From an uncultured delta proteobacterium (GTDB lineage Bacteria > Myxococcota_A > Polyangia > Haliangiales > Haliangiaceae): DNA of 64,000 nucleotides. The first letter of the stretch is position 1. Each line of letters starts with the position of its first letter. The stretch lies in contig CAVUQH010000003.1 of NCBI GenBank assembly GCA_963743525.1, positions 192,001-256,000 on the forward strand, in the 5' to 3' direction. The position numbers were made by a program, and so were the translations under genes. The notes beneath the pieces were generated by a model that worked only from the letters and a program-made list of their open reading frames with translations, had not been told where the DNA came from and did not search any database. Shown piece after piece: positions 51,552 through 64,000 of this stretch.

Positions 51552-51587
51552 AGCCGGGAAGGGCAACCTTCCCGGCTTTTGTCTTTT
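51552..51587 (+). terminator. Rho-independent terminator
   Basis: AGCCGGGAAGG-GCAA-CCTTCCCGGCT followed by TTTGTCTTTT. Confidence 0.88.
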
Positions 51588-51590
51588 CGG

Positions 51591-52415
51591 CTAGTCGTCG
51601 TCGCGCATCGCCCGCCACATGGCGTTGACGGGCGCGCTCTGGCCGGTCCAAAGGGCAAACGCGCGCGCTCCCTGATGGACCAGCATCCCCGCGCCGTCGA
51701 TGGCGGTCAGGCCTCGGGCCCGAGCGGCGGCGAGAAGCGCGGTTTCTCGGTGGTAGACGAGGCTGGCGACGATGGCTGCCGGCGGCAGCGCGTCGATCGG
51801 CACCGGCGCCGGCAGTCGCCGCTCGCCGTCGGCCGACAGCCCGGCCGAGGTGCAATCGACCAGGATGTCGCAATTGGCAACCGAACGGTCGAGGACGGCC
51901 GCCGTCCACGGCGTCGCCTCGATCCAGCCCACGCGCTCGGGAGCCCGGGCGATCACCGCGACCTCGGCGCCGGCTCCGCGCAGCCCGGCAGCTACCGCCC
52001 GGGCCGCCCCGCCGGCGCCCAGCAGCAGCGCGCGCCGTCCGGTCGGATCGCCGCTGGCGAGCTCGGCCAGGGCGTCAACGAAGCCGCCGGCGTCGGTGTT
52101 GTGGCCGATCACCGCGCCGTCGTCGAAGCAGAGGCAGTTGACCGCGCCGACGGCCTCGGCGCTGGGATCGAGGCGGTCGCAGGCGCCCATCGCCGCCTGC
52201 TTGTGCGGCACGGTCACGCTGGCGCCGAGGAAGCCCATCGACGCCATGCCTCGCACCGCCGCGACCACGTCACCGGGGGCCACCGGCAGGGCGACGAAGA
52301 CCGCGTCGATGCCGGATGCGGCAAAGGCGGCGTTGTGCAGCGCCGGCGACCGGGAGTGCTCGACCGGCCAGCCGATGACGGCGCCGACGCGGGTCCGGGC
52401 ACCGACGGTGGTCAC
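51591..52415 (-). CDS. aroE: Shikimate dehydrogenase
   Basis: [44 protein letters not shown]. Confidence 0.95.
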   Translation of the reverse strand: MTTVGARTRVGAVIGWPVEHSRSPALHNAAFAASGIDAVFVALPVAPGDVVAAVRGMASMGFLGASVTVPHKQAAMGACDRLDPSAEAVGAVNCLCFDDGAVIGHNTDAGGFVDALAELASGDPTGRRALLLGAGGAARAVAAGLRGAGAEVAVIARAPERVGWIEATPWTAAVLDRSVANCDILVDCTSAGLSADGERRLPAPVPIDALPPAAIVASLVYHRETALLAAARARGLTAIDGAGMLVHQGARAFALWTGQSAPVNAMWRAMRDDD

Positions 52416-53429
52416 TTGCGTACCACCACGCGCCCGCCGCCCTTGAGCTGCGAGGCGCGGACGGCGGCGTTGGCGTCGCGCATCAGCCGGGCGAAGCTGA
52501 TCGGCTTGCCCGGACGGGTCGCCGCGATGCCGACCGAGACCGTCAGATCGGCGTCGTCGCCACCGAAGCCGGCGACCGCCGAGGCCACGCGGTTGCCCAC
52601 GTGCTCGGCGCCGGCGATGTCGGTGTACGGCAGGAAGACCAGGAACCGCTCCTCGTCGAGGTCGACCGGCAGGTCGATGTCGCGGATGGTGGCGGCGATG
52701 GTCGCGGCAACCCGGCGGCGCAGAGCCCGCAGCAGCCCCGGATCGGGCGCCGGATCGGCCGGATCGAGCGCGACCAGGCAGGCGGCCAGCGGGTAGCCGT
52801 ACCGTTTGGCCCGCTTGAGCTCGATGACCAGGAGCTGCTTGAAGAAGTCGAAGTGCTGGAACCCGGTCTCGGCGTCGGCCTGGCCGTAGCGCAGCAGGCG
52901 CTCCCGCAGCATCGCCTCGCTCGACTCGAGCGCGCGCACCGCGGCGCGTTCGCGGGTCAGGCCGCGGGCCGCGATCAGCGCGGTGGCCAGCGCCTCGCCG
53001 CCGTGCGGGCGGACCACGAACAGATCGGTCCCGGCCTCGCGCGCCTTGTCGGCGGCGGCCAGTGCCGGGCCAGCGAAGGCGCCGATGGTCACCGGGCCGG
53101 CGGTGGTGCGGGCGCGCACCGCCTCGATCACCGCTTCTCCCTCGGGAATCGCGACGATCACCGCGTCCGGTGGGACGGTGCCGGCGCAGCGGTCGGCGAC
53201 CTTTTCGGCGCTCTTTTCCGGAGTCACCGTGCAGCCGAGCTCGGCCAGGATCGACCGCGCCCGCTCGTTGGCCGACGGCGTGCTCTCGCACACCGAGACG
53301 GTCATCTTCAGCGGCGGCCCGGCCGGGGCCTTGCTCTTGCGTGTGGCCGGCTTGCTGGCGCCGCTCTGGGTCTTCTTGCGGCCACCGCCGCCGCGGGTCG
53401 CGCCGCGCTTCTTCTTCTTGGTCTTGCCG

Positions 53430-53437
<8 letters not shown>
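52412..53437 (-). CDS. Degenerate GGDEF-domain protein with pseudo-receiver N-terminus
   Basis: [22 protein letters not shown]-site, A-site reads DEERF, TVSVGIA, KGGGR. Confidence 0.78.
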
Positions 53438-54752
<1,315 letters not shown>

Positions 54753-54841
54753 CGGCCGACGGTACGGGCGCGGGGACCGTCTTTGCAAGCTCCCTCGTTG
54801 GCGCCTGCCGGCCGAGCGGGCTAGGATCCGGTGACCTACGG

Positions 54842-56023
54842 ATGGCCGACGACACCCGCGACTCCGACCCCGGCGACGACGACTCGCTGGACGATCACCC
54901 CGGCGCACCGCGCCCGCGTGACGAGATCGACCCCGAGCTGATCAAGCTGCGCCGGGTGCGTATCTCCGTCGGGCCGATCACCTCGGCCGCGATCATCATC
55001 TTCTGCGGCTACATGATGATCCGCCTGTACGGGGACCTGCGATTCTCCCGCCAGGGCAGCGAGCCGCGGCGGGTGACCGTCGCCGACGTCGTCAGCGGTC
55101 ACGCCGGCGCCGAGGGCTATGTCGCCATGGGTGCCGAGCCCGATCGCGCGTTCGCCCTGCGCGTGGCGCCCAAGGGCAACACCGACGGCCACCGGATCGC
55201 GCCGGTGCTGGGCTCCGACGCCCACCTGTGGCTGGTCGTCGGCAGCGAGCCGTGGGCCGAGCCGATCAGCTACACCGACGATTACCGCGGTCGCCTGCGG
55301 CGGCTGGCGGACATGCCGTTTGCCGACGCGCTGAACGACTACGTGCGCACCCGCGGGCCGACGCCGCAGTCGGTCACCGCCGAGGCGCTGCGCAAAGCGG
55401 TCTCCGATCACACCGATCAGGTGGTGCGTCCGTCGGGCGACCACGTGCGCGTCACCGCCGATACCCGGTTGGGGATCCGCGAAGTGGTTCCCGATCGGGT
55501 GCTGGTGCGCGGCTTCTTCCGCGAGGATCGCATGCCCGACGAGAAGGCGTGGGACGCCGCGCTGATCGCCGCCGGCGTGCTGCCCGAGGGCGGCAAAGCG
55601 CAGTCGATCGACGAGGAGGCCAAGGCCGCCGTCTACGACGTGCCGGCGCCCGACGGGCTGGCCGGCATCAAGAAGAAGCTGGTCGCCGCGCGGCTGTTCG
55701 CCGCCCGTGCCGAGCCGGTGGTGCGCGAGTACGAGACCACGTTTGCCGGGCTCGGCTCGGATGCCGCCGGACTGAAGCTGTCGGGCGGCACGGTGGTGCC
55801 GTGGACCAGCATCTCGGACGTGGTCGTCTACGCCCCCCGTCACGTGCCGGACGACGCGCTGGTGCTGATCACCGACGAGGCGCCGGGCGCGTACTGGTAC
55901 GTCCTGCCGCTGTACATCCTCCTCGGCCTGTTCGTCGCGCTGTTCGGCTGGGCGCTGGTGCGCGGGCTGATGCCCGAGCGGCAGCCGCAAAGGGCTTCCA
56001 AACGGGCGCAAAGCGCGGCATAA
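54842..56023 (+). CDS. Hypothetical membrane-anchored protein
   Basis: Two TM segments flanking a large soluble domain; coding-like composition. Confidence 0.7.
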   Translation: MADDTRDSDPGDDDSLDDHPGAPRPRDEIDPELIKLRRVRISVGPITSAAIIIFCGYMMIRLYGDLRFSRQGSEPRRVTVADVVSGHAGAEGYVAMGAEPDRAFALRVAPKGNTDGHRIAPVLGSDAHLWLVVGSEPWAEPISYTDDYRGRLRRLADMPFADALNDYVRTRGPTPQSVTAEALRKAVSDHTDQVVRPSGDHVRVTADTRLGIREVVPDRVLVRGFFREDRMPDEKAWDAALIAAGVLPEGGKAQSIDEEAKAAVYDVPAPDGLAGIKKKLVAARLFAARAEPVVREYETTFAGLGSDAAGLKLSGGTVVPWTSISDVVVYAPRHVPDDALVLITDEAPGAYWYVLPLYILLGLFVALFGWALVRGLMPERQPQRASKRAQSAA

Positions 56024-56033
56024 ACGGCAGCCC

Positions 56034-57524
<1,491 letters not shown>

Positions 57525-57525
57525 C

Positions 57526-58509
57526 TCACTCCTCGCCGGAGTCGTCGCTCAGATAGGCGAGAATTACCTCGTCGAGGCTCTTTTCCGAGATCAGCCCCTG
57601 GCCGAACAGGTTCTCGGGCGCCTTCTCGGTCGCCTTGCGCACGCGGGCGGTCGAGGTCCGCGACTGGGGCGGCTGCGGCACCGACGCCGGCGGCGCGGCC
57701 GAGGCCCGGGGCGGCGACGCGGTCTTGCCGCCGCCGACCACGCGCGGCGGGGCGCCGACGATGACCGCCGGCCGCGAGACGACCACGCCGCCCTGTTTGC
57801 GCGGCTGGGTCGGCGGCGCCGGTGGGGTGGCCGGCGGAGTGGCCGGCTCCCGGCGAGCCTCTGCGGCCGGGCGGGAGCGGTGCTGGGCGTAGACCCCCCG
57901 GGTCGGCCCGCTCGGCTCGGCGGCATCGGCGAACGTGACCACCGGGACCGGCGGCGAGGTGTCGGCGCGGGGCGGCGCAGACTTCGGCTTGCCCGCCGGC
58001 CGGGTCGCTGGGGGCACGGACGGCGCCTCCACCGGCACCGTCGGCTCGTCGTCCACCGGCCCCTGGACCGCGGCGAACGCGGCTGACACGTCGCTGGGCG
58101 GCTGGTCGAGGCGAACCGTCGGCGCGGTGCCCTCGTCGCGGGCGATGATCTCTTCGAGATCGACCCGCTCGAACGGCGCGGTCTCGGCGCGGGCGCCGCT
58201 GTCGGTCGCGTCGAACGGCTGCAGATCGGGGTTGTCGCCCAGGTAGCGGTCGATTTTCTCGCCGAACTTGCCCCCCTTCAGGTCCTTCAGCATCGCCTTG
58301 TGCTGAGCCTGCATCAGGGACTTCACCACCTCCTCGTCCGCCTCGGCGTCGTACACCAGCTTGCGGGTGTTGATGATGACGCCACCGTGGAAGAGGTGGG
58401 TGAAGATATGCGGGTTGTCCACGCCCGAGTCCTCGGTTTGCACGTGGAACACCAATCCGCGGTGGCGGATGTTGTGGTTGTACCCGAGGATGGGCGATCG
58501 CTTCGCCAC
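57526..58509 (-). CDS. Hypothetical protein: globular N-domain, Pro-rich linker, short C-terminal helix
   Basis: GYNHNIRH..FHVQTEDSG..HIFTHLF; terminal KSLDEVILAYL. Confidence 0.75.
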   Translation of the reverse strand: MAKRSPILGYNHNIRHRGLVFHVQTEDSGVDNPHIFTHLFHGGVIINTRKLVYDAEADEEVVKSLMQAQHKAMLKDLKGGKFGEKIDRYLGDNPDLQPFDATDSGARAETAPFERVDLEEIIARDEGTAPTVRLDQPPSDVSAAFAAVQGPVDDEPTVPVEAPSVPPATRPAGKPKSAPPRADTSPPVPVVTFADAAEPSGPTRGVYAQHRSRPAAEARREPATPPATPPAPPTQPRKQGGVVVSRPAVIVGAPPRVVGGGKTASPPRASAAPPASVPQPPQSRTSTARVRKATEKAPENLFGQGLISEKSLDEVILAYLSDDSGEE

Positions 58510-58664
58510 GGCCGAATGGGCAGTTTACCACGGCCGCGGCGACTCTGTCGTAGGGCCTCTCCGGCGCCCGGGCTTGTAATTCGGCCCCTGCGTTGATACT
58601 CAGAGCAGAGGGCCTACTGACGCGGATCTACCCAATTCGCGCCACAAAAAGGAGAGCAACGCCC

Positions 58665-59252
58665 GTGTCGAGCGATCGCGCATTCGTCGAGACCCTGTCC
58701 AACTGGCTGGTCTCGCTACCCCACGACCTCAAGCTCTTGTACGAGGCCGCGGACGACGAGAACCTCGATCGCACCGCCCGCGAAATCGCGGTCGGGGCGA
58801 TCATCTACGTGGTCTCGCCCAATGACTTCATCAGCGCCGATCGCGATGGCAGCTTCATCAGCTACAGTGATGATTGTCTGCTCCTGCGCCTGGCTCTCCT
58901 TCGTGTCGTTGCCAAACAGACCGAGGACACCGACTTCTTCAAGAGCCGCTTTCCCGAGTTCTTCGACTCCGTCGAAGCCGAGCTCGCGGTGTGCAAGGGG
59001 TACATGGGTGACCTGTTCGACTGGCTGGAAAGCAAGGTCGACGGCCTCACGTCTCTCGAGTACAAGGGCAAGAAGATCGCCCAGTTCCTCGACGACGACG
59101 AGGCCAGCGTCATCCTCTACGAGGATGGCCTCGCCTTCGGCACCGAGTACGACGTCAACGACGACACGCTCGCCGACAGCTTCAAAAAGGGCTCGTCCGT
59201 CTTGCAGATGATTCAGCGCAAGAAGGACGAGGACGACAAGAAGCTGACCTAG
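58665..59252 (+). CDS. YkvA/DUF1232-like protein
   Basis: AIIYVVSPNDFI...SYSDDCLLL; AGGAG RBS before GTG 58665. Confidence 0.65.
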   Translation: MSSDRAFVETLSNWLVSLPHDLKLLYEAADDENLDRTAREIAVGAIIYVVSPNDFISADRDGSFISYSDDCLLLRLALLRVVAKQTEDTDFFKSRFPEFFDSVEAELAVCKGYMGDLFDWLESKVDGLTSLEYKGKKIAQFLDDDEASVILYEDGLAFGTEYDVNDDTLADSFKKGSSVLQMIQRKKDEDDKKLT

Positions 59253-59282
59253 CCGCGCGGGATCGGCCTCTCGTCACCTCAC

Positions 59283-59658
59283 GTCAACGTGAACGTCCAC
59301 GTTGACGTGAGCGTGGCCGTCGGCTCCACCGTTGACGGTGACGTCAACGTTGACGTGAACGGCTACGTTGACGTGAACGTGAACGTGGCCGTCGGCTCCA
59401 CCGTTGACGTTGACGTTGACGTTGACGTTGACGTTGACGTTGACGTTGACGTTGACTGACGTTGACCTTGACGTGAACGGCTACGTTGACGTGAACGGCT
59501 ACGTTGACGTGAACGGCTACGTTGACGTGAACGTGAACGTGGACGTCGGCTCCACCGTTGACCTTGACCTTGACCTTGACGTTGACGTGAACGTCCACGT
59601 TGACGTGAACGTGAACGTGGACGTCGGCTCCACCGTTGACCTTGACGTGGACGTCAAC
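59283..59658. repeat. Degenerate hexamer tandem array, left arm (GTTGAC/GTGAAC)
   Basis: In-phase 6-mers; nine perfect GTTGAC at 59403-59456; block GTCGGCTCCACCGTTGAC at 59319, 59391, 59545, 59623; one phase slip at 59457-59460. Confidence 0.97.
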
Positions 59659-59732
59659 GCTCCACAGCTGCGCAATCGCAGCAGAACTGCACGGGCAAGC
59701 AACTCCTTGCCCAGTCGAGCCGATAGTCCTGC

Positions 59733-60068
59733 ATGCTCAGCTTCCAGCGGCTGGAGGTCTACCAACGTGCCATCGAGTTCACCGCGCTCGCGAACGAGCT
59801 CGTGGAGGGACTGCCTCGTGGTCACGCTGAACGCGTCGATCAGCTGATTCGTGCTGCCGAATCGGTGGTGCGGAACATCGCCGAAGGTGCTGGTCGATGG
59901 TCTCGGGCCGACAGCGCGAAGCACTACAAGATCGCTCGCGGAGAGGCGATGGAGTGCGCGGCGTCGTTGGATATCCTGAGGCTTCGCAAGCTGGTGGGTG
60001 ACCAAGCGTATGAGCGCGGGATCAGGCTGTTGGAGGCGGTGGTCGGGATGTTGACGAAAATGGCGTAG
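59733..60068 (+). CDS. Four-helix-bundle protein (23S rRNA intervening-sequence protein/Avd-like family)
   Basis: FQRLEVYQRA, DQLIRAAESVVRNIAEGAGR, IARGEAMEC; 111 aa. Confidence 0.9.
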   Translation: MLSFQRLEVYQRAIEFTALANELVEGLPRGHAERVDQLIRAAESVVRNIAEGAGRWSRADSAKHYKIARGEAMECAASLDILRLRKLVGDQAYERGIRLLEAVVGMLTKMA

Positions 60069-60076
60069 GGCGGGGA

Positions 60077-60496
60077 GTCGACGACCACGTCAACGGTGGA
60101 GCCGACGTCCACGTTCAGGTTCACGTCAACGACCACGTATCCGTCAACGTCAAGGTTCGGGTCAACGTCAACGTCAAGGTTCAGGTCAACGTTCAGGTCA
60201 ACGTCAAGGTTCAGGTCAACGTTCAGGTCAACGTCAACGTTGGAGCCGACGTCCACGTTCAGGTTCAGGTCAACGACCACGTATCCGTCAACGTCAAGGT
60301 TCAGGTCAACGTCAACGTCAAGGTTCAGGTCAACGTCAACGTCAAGGTTCAGGTCAACGTCAACGTCAAGGTTCAGGTCAACGTCAACGTCAAGGTTCAG
60401 GTCAACGTCAACGTCAAGGTTCAGGTCAACCTCAACGGTGGAGTTGACGTCCACGTTCAGGTTCAGGTCAACGACCACGTATCCGTCAACGTCGAC
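60077..60496. repeat. Degenerate hexamer tandem array, right arm (GTCAAC/GTTCAG), inverted relative to the left arm
   Basis: 70 in-phase 6-mers; 24-bp unit GTCAACGTCAAGGTTCAGGTCAAC six times at 60287-60430; block GTCCACGTTCAGGTTCASGTCAACGACCACGTATCCGTCAAC at 60107, 60251, 60449. Confidence 0.97.
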
Positions 60497-60523
60497 GGTT
60501 GCGGTTGGGGGGGCGCTTCGAAG

Positions 60524-61375
<852 letters not shown>

Positions 61376-61388
61376 GGCGGCTAGCAGC

Positions 61389-61565
61389 TTAGCTCGCCAG
61401 GAGGCCCGAGGTCATCGCGTCCGCGCACTCGCACAGCTCCTCGTAGATCCAGACGAGTTGCAGGAATGTCGCGGGCTTATCGGGGAGCTCGTCGTACACC
61501 TGACAGATGCCCGGGAACGACTCCTCCGCGAGCGGAAGCTCTGCCTCGGTGATACGGCCTTGCAT
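61389..61565 (-). CDS. Small hypothetical protein (58 aa)
   Basis: [58 protein letters not shown]; fills the gap before murI; preceded by a sigma54 motif. Confidence 0.55.
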   Translation of the reverse strand: MQGRITEAELPLAEESFPGICQVYDELPDKPATFLQLVWIYEELCECADAMTSGLLAS

Positions 61566-61579
61566 GGGCCGGCTGTGAG

Positions 61580-61595
61580 GCAAGCCCCGTTCCAG
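61580..61595 (-). promoter_or_regulatory. Putative sigma54 promoter
   Basis: Minus strand CTGGAACGGGGCTTGC (GG-N10-GC). Confidence 0.6.
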
Positions 61596-61657
61596 ATCGT
61601 CCGGGTGGGCGCCGAATGCTTGACGGCTCCGCGTCTGACCGGTACTGGGATACGTTC

Positions 61658-62644
<987 letters not shown>

Positions 62645-62676
62645 ACCGGTAGCGGCGGGCGCGCGTCTCTACCGGA

Positions 62677-64000
62677 GTGCACCGCTACGCCTCGCTCCTG
62701 GTCTGCCTGGCGCTGGCCGCCTGTGGCGACGCCACGCCGGCTCGCAAATCCCTGGCCGACGCCGATCCGCCGACCGCCGCGCCACCGGCACCGCCGATCC
62801 CGGGCGCGCCGCAGCTGGTGAGCGTCCTGGCGCGGACGCTGCCGCGCACCGTCGGCACGCCGCCGGCGTCGGCCATCGACCGGGTGGTGCTGGCGCCCGG
62901 CGGGGCCGCCGCGCTGACCCTGGGCACCAACGGCGAGGTGCGCCTGTGGCCGGCGCTCGACGGCAGCGTCGAGCCGGTGCCGGTGCCGGCTCGCGGGGTT
63001 CGCGACCTGTCGCTGGCGGCGGCGGGCGGGCGGCTGGTGGTCGGCATCGTCGACGCCGCCGGCGCCGGCCGGCTGCTCGAGCGCGAGGCCGACGGCAGCT
63101 GGCGCGAGCGCTTTGCCACCTCGCCGTCGCCGCCGCTGGCGGCGCTGTCGGTCGTGCCCGGCGGCGCCCGCGCGGTGACGGTCGGGGCCGACGGCGCGTT
63201 GACCCTGGTCGACGCCGACGGTCACGCGCTCGCGCACCTCGACGAGCGCGGCTATCGCCCGCAGGTGGTGGTGCCGGCGCGCGACGGCCGCAGTCTGGTG
63301 ACGCTCGCCAGCGAGCCGTCGGCGACCAGCGGCAGGATCGACGTGACCATCGAGCGCGTCGCCATCGCCGATCCGCCGGCGCTGGTGCGCCAGCCGGATC
63401 CGCTGGAGCTGACCAACCTGCCCGCGCTGCCGGCGATCGCGCCGAGCGGTGGCGCCGTCGCCTGGGTCGATCGAGCCGCCGACAACAGCCCGATCGCGAT
63501 GGCCATCGATCTGGCCAGCGGCAGCCGCCGGCAGATCATCCGCCGCCAGCCCAACGAGCCGATGCGCGTCGGCTGGGCCAGCGACGACCGCCTGGTGGTC
63601 GACGGCAATCCGGGTGATGCGTGGGTCTCGGACGGCGCCAGCGGCAAGGGTCGGCCCCACGCGTTTCCCGCGCCGCCGGTCAGCGTCGGTGTGGCCACCG
63701 CGAACGGCTACGGCGACGGCTTCGCGGTCGCCGCCGTCGGTCGCTGGCTGATGGTCCGCACCGCGGCCAGCGACGAAGTTCACTACCTCGGCTACGAGCT
63801 GTTCCAGGTCGGCGCCGGCGCGGTGTCGTCCACCGGCAAGCGCATCGCCTGGGCCGCCGGCACCGATCTCTACGTCGACCGCACCGATCGCGGCGATGTG
63901 CTGCGCGTGGCGGTGGGCATCTTCGGCGTGCAGCGGATGGCGTTCCTCGACGACACCACCCTCGTCACCGCCGACTCGACCCGCCTGCGCGTGATCGACA
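62677..64000 (+). CDS. Lipoprotein with WD40/beta-propeller-like repeats (runs off the window)
   Basis: GTG 62677; VHRYASLLVCLALAAC lipobox; GEVRLWP and similar blade motifs; absent from the ORF track because no stop lies in the window. Confidence 0.7.
   Translation, partial: MHRYASLLVCLALAACGDATPARKSLADADPPTAAPPAPPIPGAPQLVSVLARTLPRTVGTPPASAIDRVVLAPGGAAALTLGTNGEVRLWPALDGSVEPVPVPARGVRDLSLAAAGGRLVVGIVDAAGAGRLLEREADGSWRERFATSPSPPLAALSVVPGGARAVTVGADGALTLVDADGHALAHLDERGYRPQVVVPARDGRSLVTLASEPSATSGRIDVTIERVAIADPPALVRQPDPLELTNLPALPAIAPSGGAVAWVDRAADNSPIAMAIDLASGSRRQIIRRQPNEPMRVGWASDDRLVVDGNPGDAWVSDGASGKGRPHAFPAPPVSVGVATANGYGDGFAVAAVGRWLMVRTAASDEVHYLGYELFQVGAGAVSSTGKRIAWAAGTDLYVDRTDRGDVLRVAVGIFGVQRMAFLDDTTLVTADSTRLRVID

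Noticed and set aside
59733..60068. Diversity-generating retroelement or true 23S rRNA intervening sequence
   Set aside because: No reverse transcriptase, no template/variable repeat pair and no rRNA sequence around the gene.
59283..60496. CRISPR array
   Set aside because: The period is 6 bp with no unique spacers, and there are no cas genes in the window.

Overview
Very GC-rich bacterial chromosome segment. Gene content (eukaryotic-type Ser/Thr kinase-ATPase, Cys-rich lipoproteins, many sigma54 motifs) suggests Myxococcota; this is an inference. The backbone is the dcw cell-wall/division cluster: rsmH-ftsL-ftsI-murE/murF fusion-mraY-[CBS, kinase]-murD-ftsW-murG-murC-murB-ddl, then a ~28 kb accessory block, then ftsQ-ftsA-ftsZ. 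The accessory block holds an uncharacterised putative lipid biosynthesis/export locus (reductase, LolA-like, outer-membrane protein, MMPL/RND, BtaA-like DUF3419, AMP-ligase, GNAT-like, DAG-kinase-like, UbiA-like, PEP-dependent phosphotransferase), with back-to-back sigma54 promoter motifs at its centre. It also holds AraC/aldo-keto reductase, TetR/Coq4 and a duplicated receiver module next to a sigma54 activator. After ftsZ come a small bacterial histone-fold gene, aroE, a degenerate GGDEF protein, xseA, cysS, murI and an HD protein. The most unusual structure is at 59283-60496: a four-helix-bundle (23S rRNA intervening-sequence/Avd-like) gene enclosed by two ~0.4 kb hexamer arrays in inverted orientation. 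Six genes each carry a single extra base, probably sequencing error. I recognised no rRNA, tRNA, CRISPR array, integrase or transposase.
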